From Halopseudomonas sp. (GTDB taxonomy: Bacteria; Pseudomonadota; Gammaproteobacteria; Pseudomonadales; Pseudomonadaceae), in contig NZ_JBFGFI010000001.1 in NCBI RefSeq assembly GCF_041579695.1, positions 15,369-79,368 on the forward strand: a stretch of 64,000 bases of DNA. Direction: 5' to 3'. The notes under the pieces were generated by a model. That model was not told where the DNA came from. It worked only from the letters and a program-made list of their open reading frames with translations, and did no database searches. Positions 31,896-42,430 of this stretch are shown piece after piece. The first letter of the stretch is position 1. Every line of letters starts with the position of its first letter. The translations under genes and the position numbers were made by a program.

Positions 31896-32812
31896 TGGAG
31901 TTGCCTGAGGAGGAGGAAAAACCGAGCATTCCCGCCTGGGTAGTGACCTTCGCCGACCTGATGTCCTTGCTGATGTGCTTCTTTGTGCTGTTGCTGTCCT
32001 TCTCCGAGATAGACGCAATGAAATTCAAGCAAATCGCAGGCGAGCTGAGCAAGGCCTTTGGTGTGCAGCGCGACGTACCTGCCCTGGAAATTCCGATGGG
32101 TACCAGTCCGATTTTCGATAAATTTTCCCCCGGCAAACCCGAGCCGACCCCGGTTGATCAGGTACGCCAGCAGACCAGCGAAGAATTACCGCAGATCGAT
32201 ACTCTGCGTGCCCGGTTAGATGCTGAATTGGAGGCAGAGCTGGCACAAAAGGTAGAATCCACTACCGAGCAGCAACTGCAGTTCAACCTGCAAGCTCTCA
32301 AGAATGTCCTCGAACAGGAGCTGATCGAAGGACGCCTGCAGATGGAACAGGACCGCAAGCGCGTCATTATCAGGATCGAGGAGCGCGGTTCCTTCCAGTC
32401 CGGCTCCGCAGTAATGACGACCGATTTCGAAGACATGCTGTTCAAAATCTCCGAGGTATTGAGCGAGCTGCCGGGAGAGATAACTATCGAAGGCCATACC
32501 GATGATATTCCGATCAACACCACACGTTTTAATTCCAACTGGGACCTGTCAGCAGCTCGAGCCTCATCGGTAGCCAACGCCCTGCTCGCCACAGGCGCCG
32601 TCGAGGCGCAACGTCTCAAGGTTCAGGGCTACGCCGACACGCGCCCGCGCGCCAGCAATGAATGGCCGGAAACCCGTGCGCTTAATCGTCGGGTAGAAAT
32701 TGTGGTGGATCTGGCTGAAGCCGCAAATCAGTACGAAACCCGATTGCGCCAGTTGATGGAGGACGATATTAAACAGGTTATCGAGGGCTATGAAGTCAAG
32801 GATATGCCCTGA
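31895..32812 (+). CDS. pomB: Flagellar stator B subunit, PomB type
   Basis: WVVTFADLMSLLMCFFVLLLSFS, KFKQIAG, PGKPEPTP, OmpA-like EGHTDD...NWDLSAARA...NRRVEI. Confidence 0.88.
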   Translation: MELPEEEEKPSIPAWVVTFADLMSLLMCFFVLLLSFSEIDAMKFKQIAGELSKAFGVQRDVPALEIPMGTSPIFDKFSPGKPEPTPVDQVRQQTSEELPQIDTLRARLDAELEAELAQKVESTTEQQLQFNLQALKNVLEQELIEGRLQMEQDRKRVIIRIEERGSFQSGSAVMTTDFEDMLFKISEVLSELPGEITIEGHTDDIPINTTRFNSNWDLSAARASSVANALLATGAVEAQRLKVQGYADTRPRASNEWPETRALNRRVEIVVDLAEAANQYETRLRQLMEDDIKQVIEGYEVKDMP

Positions 32813-32873
32813 GGCTCCCATGCTGAAGGCTGAATAGCCACCTCACCCCGCGATAACTCCCTAGAAAGCCCAC

Positions 32874-32902
32874 AAAAAAACCCGCCAATCGAGGCGGGTT
32901 TT
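32874..32902. terminator. Bidirectional intrinsic terminator between pomB and typA
   Basis: AAAACCCGCC-AATCGA-GGCGGGTTTT with an A7 run on the left. Confidence 0.88.
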
Positions 32903-32921
32903 CTATACTACGTGCCGACTA

Positions 32922-34739
<1,818 letters not shown>

Positions 34740-34936
34740 CCTGGGTGGCCAGACGGCAGCCTGGCTAACTGAAAAAAGAGGGGGGCATTATACAGACCCT
34801 CGCGTGACAGTGTATGTTTTTTGTACGAAACGGCGGTTTTCTGCGTCGGGGGTGCAAGACAGGCCAAACGGGAGCATTATAGGTGCCGCCGTTTATTGCC
34901 CGCGCGATTGTCATAACTGGGAAATAAAGCTGCAGA

Positions 34937-34999
34937 CGCACCATTATGGTTCGCACTCTGGCTTTTTTGCACTAAATAAGTGCGCACTTATTAAGTGCG
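34937..34999. promoter_or_regulatory. NtrC enhancer boxes upstream of glnA
   Basis: CGCACCATTATGGTTCG (34937-34953), TGCACTAAATAAGTGCG (34968-34984), CGCACTTATTAAGTGCG (34983-34999); all resemble TGCACC-N5-GGTGCA. Confidence 0.8.
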
Positions 35000-35059
35000 C
35001 CCTGTTGTATTAGCAGCCGGAGGCCCGGTGATACGGGCGTTTCAGCGCATGCTCTGAAA

Positions 35060-35075
35060 TGGCACACCTTTTGCT
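35060..35075 (+). promoter_or_regulatory. sigma54 promoter of glnA
   Basis: TGGCAC-ACCTT-TTGCT, a consensus -24/-12 element. Confidence 0.9.
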
Positions 35076-35168
35076 CCCTTGTAATGCAAGCGGAGCGCGG
35101 ATGTTGTCCGCTCGAATTTAGTAACGCCGGGCCAGATGCCCGGCTAATGATTCCTTCTGGAGGAAACC

Positions 35169-36572
35169 ATGTCGAAGACAGTTAAACTGATTAAAGAATT
35201 TGACGTGAAGTGGGTTGACCTGCGCTTCACCGATACCAAGGGCAAGCAGCAGCACGTCACCATGCCCGCCCGCGATGTAAACGATGACTTCTTCGAAGAA
35301 GGCAAGATGTTCGACGGTTCGTCCATCGCCGGCTGGAAGGGTATCGAAGCGTCCGACATGATCCTGATGCCCGATGACAGCACAGCGGTTCTCGATCCTT
35401 TCACCGAAGAGCCCACCGTCATTCTGGTCTGCGACATCATCGAGCCCTCCACCATGCAGGGTTACGAGCGTGATCCGCGCAGCATCGCCCGCCGCGCCGA
35501 GGAATACCTGAAGTCCACTGGTATCGGTGACACCGTATTCGTTGGTCCCGAGCCTGAGTTCTTCGTATTCGACGAAGTGAAGTTCAAGTCCGACATTTCC
35601 GGCTCCATGTTCAAGATCATCTCCGAGCAGGCTTCCTGGAATACCGACGCCGACATCGAGACCGGCAACAAGGGTCACCGCCCAGCAGTGAAAGGGGGCT
35701 ACTTCCCCGTTCCGCCGGTCGACCATGACCACGAAATCCGTACCGCCATGTGTAATGCCATGGAAGAAATGGGTCTGACCATCGAAGTTCACCACCACGA
35801 AGTGGCGACTGCCGGCCAGAACGAAATCGGCGTGCTGTTCAACACTCTGGTAGCCAAGGCGGACGAAGTACAGACGCTGAAGTACTGTGTACACAACGTT
35901 GCCGACGCGTTCGGCAAGACGGCTACCTTCATGCCCAAGCCACTGTATGGTGACAACGGCTCCGGTATGCACGTACACATGTCCATCTCCAAGGATGGCA
36001 AGAATACCTTCGCTGGCGAAGGCTACTCCGGCCTGTCCGACACTGCCCTGTTCTTCATTGGCGGTATCATCAAGCACGGCAAGTCGCTGAACGCATTCAC
36101 CAACCCGGCCACCAACTCCTACAAGCGTCTGGTACCCGGTTTCGAAGCCCCGGTCATGCTGGCCTACTCGGCCCGCAACCGCTCCGCCTCGATCCGTATC
36201 CCGTACGTTTCCAGCCCGAAGGCACGTCGCATTGAAGCTCGCTTCCCTGATCCGGCAGCCAACCCCTACCTGTGCTTCGCGGCACTGCTGATGGCTGGCC
36301 TGGACGGCGTCCAGAACAAGATCCACCCCGGCGATGCGGCTGACAAGAACCTGTATGACCTGCCGCCCGAAGAGGCGAACCAGATCCCTCAGGTCTGTGG
36401 CAGCCTGAAGGAGGCCCTGGAGTCTCTGAGCGCTGATCGCGAGTATCTGACCAAGGGCGGTGTATTCACCGACGAGCTGATCGATGCCTACATCGAACTG
36501 AAAGCAGCAGAAGAGCTCAAGGTACGCACCTTCGTTCACCCGCTCGAGTATGACCTGTACTACAGCGTCTGA
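35169..36572 (+). CDS. glnA: Glutamine synthetase type I
   Basis: [30 protein letters not shown], adenylylation site NLYDLP, YYSV end. Confidence 0.98.
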   Translation: MSKTVKLIKEFDVKWVDLRFTDTKGKQQHVTMPARDVNDDFFEEGKMFDGSSIAGWKGIEASDMILMPDDSTAVLDPFTEEPTVILVCDIIEPSTMQGYERDPRSIARRAEEYLKSTGIGDTVFVGPEPEFFVFDEVKFKSDISGSMFKIISEQASWNTDADIETGNKGHRPAVKGGYFPVPPVDHDHEIRTAMCNAMEEMGLTIEVHHHEVATAGQNEIGVLFNTLVAKADEVQTLKYCVHNVADAFGKTATFMPKPLYGDNGSGMHVHMSISKDGKNTFAGEGYSGLSDTALFFIGGIIKHGKSLNAFTNPATNSYKRLVPGFEAPVMLAYSARNRSASIRIPYVSSPKARRIEARFPDPAANPYLCFAALLMAGLDGVQNKIHPGDAADKNLYDLPPEEANQIPQVCGSLKEALESLSADREYLTKGGVFTDELIDAYIELKAAEELKVRTFVHPLEYDLYYSV

Positions 36573-36595
36573 ACCCGGTGTCTTGACCGCGGTCG

Positions 36596-36627
36596 AAAAA
36601 GGGTGCCTTTCAGGCGCCCTTTTTTTT
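36596..36627 (+). terminator. Intrinsic terminator after glnA
   Basis: AAAAAGGGTGCCT-TTC-AGGCGCCC followed by T8. Confidence 0.88.
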
Positions 36628-36701
36628 CGCCCGTCCGTCGGGCCTTGCCAGAAGCACGATTGGGTGCAAGGCTTGAAACTCGAATCACAGGAGTGACAAT
36701 C

Positions 36702-37322
36702 ATGCTGCGAATTCATTTGTGCTGGGCGCTGGGCGCCGTGCTCGTCTCGCTGGCCGGCCTCGCCAACGCCCAGATCTATACCTGGACCGATGCGAATGGC
36801 AACAAGATCTATTCCGACCAGCCTCACCCCGATTCGCGCCGGATCGATCTGCCACCCACCAATACAGTGGAGACAGCAGTCCCGCAAATGCGCGAACGCA
36901 CCCCGGATCAAAACCAGGATGCCGAGGGAAAACCGACAAATAGTTACAACACCCTCCAGATTGCCAGTCCCGACCATGACGAAGCAGTCCGGGCGAATGA
37001 CGGCAGCCTCACGCTGGTGGTCAACACCGAGCCGCCACTGGCGCCCGGACACATCCTGCGCGCCAGCGTCGACGGTGAGATGCGCCCGGCGGCGACTGCC
37101 GGCAACGGCCAGGCAACCCAGCGCCTGACCCTGACCGAGCTCGATCGAGGGTCGCACGATATTGTGGCAGTGGTGACCAATTCCCGGGGTGAGGAAGTGC
37201 AGCGCAGCCAGGGCATCACCGTGCACCTGCAGCGTACTTCCCTGCTCCAGCCTGGACGCACCGGCTCCAATGCCGCACCCCAGGCACCGCAAAAGCCCGC
37301 CGCAGGCAATCCTGCCCCCTGA
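36702..37322 (+). CDS. DUF4124-domain secreted protein
   Basis: Signal peptide, then QIYTWTDANGNKIYSDQP; usual position between glnA and ntrB. Confidence 0.8.
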   Translation: MLRIHLCWALGAVLVSLAGLANAQIYTWTDANGNKIYSDQPHPDSRRIDLPPTNTVETAVPQMRERTPDQNQDAEGKPTNSYNTLQIASPDHDEAVRANDGSLTLVVNTEPPLAPGHILRASVDGEMRPAATAGNGQATQRLTLTELDRGSHDIVAVVTNSRGEEVQRSQGITVHLQRTSLLQPGRTGSNAAPQAPQKPAAGNPAP

Positions 37323-37354
37323 ACCCGGCTGCTCAGTGAGCCGACCTGACGCGG

Positions 37355-37371
37355 CGCACCAAATCAGTGCA
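37355..37371. promoter_or_regulatory. NtrC box upstream of ntrBC
   Basis: CGCACCAAATCAGTGCA, about 240 bp upstream of the sigma54 site. Confidence 0.65.
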
Positions 37372-37611
37372 TACTGATTCCCGGTACGCCGGATTTCGTG
37401 CACGCTTCCCTTTCTCGGCCGGACATGGTTCCGCCCGGCTGGAGTGAACGTCCCGTCGCATCAGTTACCCATACTGGCGCGCAATCAAGCCGCAAACCCC
37501 TTAAGCAGCGGGCTTTGCAGCCCTGCATGATCCCCCGCACCAGCGTATTCGCCTGAACCTGTCCTGGCTCCCGACCGGCCCGCAGTCTCCAGCGTGATTT
37601 ACGCCCTTTAT

Positions 37612-37627
37612 TGGTTCGCTTCTTGCA
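37612..37627 (+). promoter_or_regulatory. sigma54 promoter of ntrBC
   Basis: TGGTTC-GCTTC-TTGCA (GG-N10-GC). Confidence 0.72.
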
Positions 37628-37655
37628 ACTGTCTGCACAAACCACGGGGTCTCTT

Positions 37656-38753
37656 ATGCTGCCTGACCGATTTCTACGCCAGATACTCGACAACCTCACC
37701 ACAGCTGTGCTCTTGCTGGACGAAGGTCTGTATCTTAGATACATGAATCCGGCCGCGGAAATTCTGCTCGAGGTCAGCGGCCAGCGCGTCTCCCAGCAGC
37801 CGATCGGCGATCTGTTCAATGACCATCGGACCGCCCTCGAGTCATTGCGCCAGGCGGTTACCGATGGCAACCCGTTCACCAAACGTGAAGCCCAGCTGGA
37901 CCTTAACAACGGCCACAGCCTGACGGTCGATTACTCGGTCACCCCAATTGTGAGCGCAGACACTCACTGGCTGTTGCTGGAACTGCATCCCCGCGACCGA
38001 CTGCTGCGGATCACCAAGGAAGAGGCCCAGCTTTCTAAGCAGGAGGTGACCAAGGTTCTGGTACGCGGCCTGGCCCATGAGATCAAGAATCCCCTGGGCG
38101 GCATCCGCGGCGCCGCCCAGCTGCTGGCCCGCCAATTGCCGGAGGAGTCGCTCAAGGATTATACGGACGTAATCATCGAAGAGGCTGACCGCCTGCGCAA
38201 CCTGGTTGATCGCATGCTCGGGCCGTATCGGCCACCCAGCCTGCAGCCGCTGAACATCCACGAGATTACCGAGCGCGTCTACAGCCTGGTTGAGGCCGAA
38301 ACCCAGCGGGAGCTGATTCTGCGCCGGGACTACGATCCAAGCATTCCAGAGATCATGGCCGACCGGGAACAGCTTATCCAGGCACTGCTCAACATCGTGC
38401 GCAATGCGATGCAGGCCATTGCCGAGCAAGGTGGCCTGCAGAAAGGTCGTATCGTTCTGCGCACCCGCGCGTTACGCCAGTTCACTATCGGCCAGGTACG
38501 TCATCGCCTCGTCTGTCGCGTACAGATTATCGACAACGGTCCGGGCATACCCAGCGACATTGTTGAGAGCATTTTCTACCCGATGGTCAGCGGTCGGCCC
38601 GAAGGCACGGGGCTTGGCCTGTCGATCACCCAGAACATTATCAGTCAACACCAGGGCCTGATCGAATGCGAGAGCAAACCTGGCCGTACCGTTTTTACCC
38701 TGTTCCTACCACTGGAACCCGTACCGGGAGACAAAACCCATGAGCCGAACTGA
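37656..38753 (+). CDS. ntrB: Nitrogen regulation sensor kinase
   Basis: PAS domain, GLAHEIKNPLGGIRGAAQLL, DNGPG, GTGLGL. Confidence 0.96.
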   Translation: MLPDRFLRQILDNLTTAVLLLDEGLYLRYMNPAAEILLEVSGQRVSQQPIGDLFNDHRTALESLRQAVTDGNPFTKREAQLDLNNGHSLTVDYSVTPIVSADTHWLLLELHPRDRLLRITKEEAQLSKQEVTKVLVRGLAHEIKNPLGGIRGAAQLLARQLPEESLKDYTDVIIEEADRLRNLVDRMLGPYRPPSLQPLNIHEITERVYSLVEAETQRELILRRDYDPSIPEIMADREQLIQALLNIVRNAMQAIAEQGGLQKGRIVLRTRALRQFTIGQVRHRLVCRVQIIDNGPGIPSDIVESIFYPMVSGRPEGTGLGLSITQNIISQHQGLIECESKPGRTVFTLFLPLEPVPGDKTHEPN

Positions 38754-40170
38754 AAACGTCTGGATCGTCGATGACGACCGTTCGATACGCTGGGTGCTGG
38801 AAAAGGCGCTTCAGCAGGAAGGCATGGAATCGGTCAGTTTTGACAATGCCGATGCCGCCCTGGCGCGGCTTCAGCGCGAACATCCGGACGTCCTGATCAG
38901 CGATATACGCATGCCCGGCACCAGCGGTCTGGAGCTTCTCTCCACCTTGCGCGACCGACTGCCAAAACTGCCGGTCATCATCATGACCGCGCATTCCGAC
39001 CTGGACAGCGCGGTAGCCTCCTACCAGGGCGGCGCCTTCGAATACCTGCCCAAGCCTTTCGACGTGGACGAAGCAGTTGCCCTGGTGCGCCGGGCACTGG
39101 CCCACAGCCGCGAGCAGGAAGGCCAGGGACCCGAGGTGAGCGACGCCCGCACGCCGGAGATCATCGGCGAAGCGCCGGCGATGCAGGAGGTGTTCCGCGC
39201 CATCGGTCGTCTATCCCACTCCAACATCACCGTGCTGATCAATGGCGAATCCGGTACCGGCAAGGAGCTGGTCGCCCATGCCCTGCACCGCCACAGCCCG
39301 CGGGCACGCAATCCGTTCATTGCGTTGAACATGGCAGCGATCCCCAAGGATCTGATGGAATCGGAGCTGTTCGGCCATGAAAAAGGCGCCTTTACCGGAG
39401 CTGCAGTACAACGCCGTGGACGCTTTGAGCAGGCCGACGGCGGCACGCTGTTCCTCGATGAAATTGGCGACATGCCGCCGGAAACCCAGACCCGCCTGCT
39501 GCGCGTACTGGCCGACGGCGAGTTCTATCGGGTGGGCGGCCACGTGCCGATCAAGGTCGATGTGCGCATCATCGCTGCCACACACCAGAACCTCGAGGAT
39601 CTGGTACAGGCCGGCAACTTCCGCGAAGACCTGTTCCACCGCCTGAACGTAATCCGAATCCATATTCCCAAGCTCGCCGAGCGCCGCGAGGACATCCCTG
39701 CTCTGGCCCAGCATTTCCTCGCCCGCGCCGCGCAGGAACTGGCAGTCGAACCCAAGGTACTCAAGCCGCAGACCCGCGACTACCTGCGCAGCCTGCCGTG
39801 GCCGGGCAACGTGCGCCAACTTGAAAACACCTGCCGCTGGATCACCGTCATGGCGTCTAGCCGCGAAGTGCTGGTTGAGGACCTGCCCCCGGAAATGCTC
39901 AACCAGCACCACGACGGTGCAACAGATGGCCATTGGGAGCACAGTTTGCGCATCTGGGCCGACCAGGAACTGGACCGCGGGGTCACCAGCCTGCTGGAAA
40001 CAGCCGTCCCCGCGTTCGAGCGCATCATGATTGAAACAGCCCTCAAGCACACTGCCGGCAGACGCCGCGATGCCGCGCAGTTACTGGGCTGGGGCCGCAA
40101 TACCCTGACCCGCAAAATCAAGGAACTGGGTATGAATATAGACGGTCACGACGAGGAAGAGAACGAATAG
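38740..40170 (+). CDS. ntrC: Nitrogen regulation response regulator (sigma54 activator)
   Basis: Receiver DIRMP, GESGTGKE, GAFTGA, WPGNVRQLEN, HTH WGRNTLTRK. Confidence 0.97.
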   Translation: MSRTENVWIVDDDRSIRWVLEKALQQEGMESVSFDNADAALARLQREHPDVLISDIRMPGTSGLELLSTLRDRLPKLPVIIMTAHSDLDSAVASYQGGAFEYLPKPFDVDEAVALVRRALAHSREQEGQGPEVSDARTPEIIGEAPAMQEVFRAIGRLSHSNITVLINGESGTGKELVAHALHRHSPRARNPFIALNMAAIPKDLMESELFGHEKGAFTGAAVQRRGRFEQADGGTLFLDEIGDMPPETQTRLLRVLADGEFYRVGGHVPIKVDVRIIAATHQNLEDLVQAGNFREDLFHRLNVIRIHIPKLAERREDIPALAQHFLARAAQELAVEPKVLKPQTRDYLRSLPWPGNVRQLENTCRWITVMASSREVLVEDLPPEMLNQHHDGATDGHWEHSLRIWADQELDRGVTSLLETAVPAFERIMIETALKHTAGRRRDAAQLLGWGRNTLTRKIKELGMNIDGHDEEENE

Positions 40171-40189
40171 CGAGCCAGCAAACGGCTTT

Positions 40190-40205
40190 TGGCACGCTTG
40201 ATGCT
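40190..40205 (+). promoter_or_regulatory. sigma54 promoter downstream of ntrC
   Basis: TGGCAC-GCTTG-ATGCT (GG-N10-GC). Confidence 0.78.
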
Positions 40206-40215
40206 TAGTTAACTG

Positions 40216-40267
40216 TGGGTGTATTTGAGGTGACTCCGGTTCAGGCAGGCTGGAGTCACCTTTTTTT
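40216..40267 (+). ncRNA. Candidate NrsZ-like small RNA, single hairpin, about 50 nt
   Basis: sigma54 promoter, no ORF, stem GGTGACTCC (40229-40237) / GGAGTCACC (40252-40260) then T7. Same locus as P. aeruginosa nrsZ. 5' end inferred. Confidence 0.6.
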
Positions 40268-40353
40268 ATGGGCGAAAGGAAAGTAGCTGTTAGCTTGCCG
40301 CTGCGCGCGCCCCAGCCTAGACTTCGCCATCCACATTACCTACTGGCGCACCC

Positions 40354-40818
40354 ATGTTCCACATCGCCCTGCTCGAACCGGAAATCCCGCCCAATACCGG
40401 TAACATCATCCGCCTGTGCGCAAATACCGGCTGCAGCCTGCATCTGATTGAGCCACTGGGTTTCGAGCTGGATGACAAGCGGCTGCGCCGCGCAGGGCTG
40501 GACTATCACGAGTTTGCTGCGGTCAGAACCCATGCGAACCTGGAGGCCTGTCTGGCGGCGGTGCAGCCACAGCGCGTGTTTGCGCTGAGTACCAAGGGCA
40601 CCCGCAATTTCAGTGAGGTGGCTTTCAAGCCGGGGGATCTGTTTCTGTTCGGTCCCGAGAGCCGGGGCCTGCCGGCGGCGGTACGTGAAGGCCTGCCAAC
40701 GGATCAGGTACTGCGGATTCCGATGCGGCCAGACAGCCGCAGCCTGAACCTGTCGAACAGTGCTGCGGTGCTGATATTCGAAGCCTGGCGCCAGCAGGGG
40801 TATGCCGGCAGCCAGTAG
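40354..40818 (+). CDS. trmL: tRNA (cytidine/uridine-34 2'-O)-methyltransferase
   Basis: [39 protein letters not shown]. Confidence 0.95.
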   Translation: MFHIALLEPEIPPNTGNIIRLCANTGCSLHLIEPLGFELDDKRLRRAGLDYHEFAAVRTHANLEACLAAVQPQRVFALSTKGTRNFSEVAFKPGDLFLFGPESRGLPAAVREGLPTDQVLRIPMRPDSRSLNLSNSAAVLIFEAWRQQGYAGSQ

Positions 40819-40825
40819 TGCCGAT

Positions 40826-41806
40826 TCAGTCGCGAACCTGAACCACAACCTTGCCCACGGCCTTGCGTGAAGTAAGGATGTTCAGCGCGTCTTCGTACTG
40901 GTCCAGACGGAATTTTTCCGAAACCAGGGGCTTGAGTTTGCCCTCGGTGAACCAGGCAAACAGCTCCTCAAAGTTTTCCCGGTTGGTCTGTGGCTCGCGA
41001 GCAGCGAAGGAGCCCCAGAACACACCGACGATGGAAGAGCCTTTCAGCAGAGCCAGGTTCACCGGGAATTCGGGAATGCGGCCGCTGGCGAAGCCTACGA
41101 CCAGCAGGCGGCCTTTCCAGTTGATCGAACGCACGGCCTGGTCGAACAGGTCGCCACCGACCGGATCGTAGATCACGTCGGCGCCCTGGCCCTTGGTCAG
41201 TTCCTTGACCGCATCCTTGAGGCTGACTTCCGAGTAGTTGATCAGTTCGTCGGCGCCAGCGGCGCGCGCTACCTCCAGCTTCTCGGCGCTGGAGGCGGCG
41301 GCGATAACGCGCGCACCCATGGCCTTGCCGATTTCTACTGCCGCCAGGCCCACACCACCCGATGCGCCGAGGACCAGCAGGGTCTCGCCCGCCTTAAGGT
41401 CGGCACGCTGCTTGAGTGCGTGCATGGACGTGCCGTAGGTCATGCTGAAGCCAGCGGCGGTCACAAAGTCCATGTTCTTGGGGATAGGCAGGATGCGCGA
41501 GGCATCAACGGCGATCTGTTCGGCGAAACTGCCGTAACCGGTCAGCCCCATGACCCGATCACCGGGCTTGAGATGACTGACCTTGTCACCGACGCTGGCG
41601 ATCACCCCGGCGGCTTCACCACCCGGGGAGAACGGGAATGGCGGTTTGATCTGGTATTTGCCTTCAATGATCAGCGTGTCGGGAAAGTTGACCCCTGCGG
41701 CATGGATGTCCAGGACCACTTCGTTGGGTTTGGCAACGGGATCGGCGGTTTCTTCCAGTACCAGGCTGCTGGCGGGACCAAATTCTTTGCACAATACGGC
41801 TTTCAT
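40826..41806 (-). CDS. NADPH:quinone oxidoreductase (MDR family)
   Basis: GVNFPD, GASGGVGLAAV, VGFASG. Confidence 0.88.
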   Translation of the reverse strand: MKAVLCKEFGPASSLVLEETADPVAKPNEVVLDIHAAGVNFPDTLIIEGKYQIKPPFPFSPGGEAAGVIASVGDKVSHLKPGDRVMGLTGYGSFAEQIAVDASRILPIPKNMDFVTAAGFSMTYGTSMHALKQRADLKAGETLLVLGASGGVGLAAVEIGKAMGARVIAAASSAEKLEVARAAGADELINYSEVSLKDAVKELTKGQGADVIYDPVGGDLFDQAVRSINWKGRLLVVGFASGRIPEFPVNLALLKGSSIVGVFWGSFAAREPQTNRENFEELFAWFTEGKLKPLVSEKFRLDQYEDALNILTSRKAVGKVVVQVRD

Positions 41807-41969
41807 GATGACTCCATTATCAGGTTTTCACACAGTCTAGTCGCAAGCGGGGCAGCCGGGTCAATGACCATGCCCTTGATTGATTGCCGTTCATAACATC
41901 CGCCGCGGCGCTGGTTGGCTGGGGAGCCACCCTCGGCTATCCTGTGGCCAACCATAAGGAGTCTAACCC

Positions 41970-42368
41970 ATGCGCACGTTTCTCGCCCTGCCCCTGCTGC
42001 TAAGCCTTTTCGCGGTGTCACACGTCCAGGCCGAGGATGCTCCGGTGGCCGGCGCCCAGTATGTCGAGCTAAAGCCGGCTTTTGTCGGCACCGTCGGCCC
42101 CGGCCCGAAGATCCAGTACATGAAGGTCGATGTTGCGCTGCGGGCCAACGACCCAGCCGCGGTGCCGCGGATTGAATATCACGATCCGCTGATACGCAAT
42201 GCGCTGGTCAGCCTGTTCGCCCATGAGACCCTGGAAAGCGTCGGGACGCTGGAAGGCAAGGAAGAGCTGCGCAGTAAAGCGCTGACCGCGGTGCGCGAAG
42301 TGCTCGAAGAGGAAGAAGGCAAACCGCTGGTGGATGATCTGCTGTTCACCAACCTGGTCACGCAGTAA
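41970..42368 (+). CDS. FliL-family flagellar basal-body-associated protein (orphan copy)
   Basis: YVELKPAFV, YMKVDVAL, HDPLIRNALV, GKEELR, DLLFTNLVTQ. Confidence 0.8.
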   Translation: MRTFLALPLLLSLFAVSHVQAEDAPVAGAQYVELKPAFVGTVGPGPKIQYMKVDVALRANDPAAVPRIEYHDPLIRNALVSLFAHETLESVGTLEGKEELRSKALTAVREVLEEEEGKPLVDDLLFTNLVTQ

Positions 42369-42430
42369 ACGCCCGGTAAAGCCCCGTAACGCCCAGCACC
42401 GCCACACAGCCGGCCGGGCATTTCCGCCAG

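Noticed and set aside
31122-32812. MotA/MotB pair next to a DNA enzyme as a Zorya-like defence system
   Set aside because: The A subunit is 257 aa with no long ZorA tail, both proteins match PomA/PomB closely, and no ZorC/D/E-like genes are adjacent.
35091-35146. Two hairpins in the glnA 5' leader as a glutamine riboswitch
   Set aside because: Stems are present (e.g. GCCGGGC/GCCCGGC at 35126-35144), but I could not match the conserved core of the glnA riboswitch; more likely stability elements.
35118-37403. 761-aa minus-strand ORF across glnA and DUF4124
   Set aside because: Antisense shadow of strongly biased genes; no recognisable motifs. The same applies to 15924-17621, 26224-27627, 33636-34772, 45400-46800, 50471-51646, 52937-54169 and 57708-58940.
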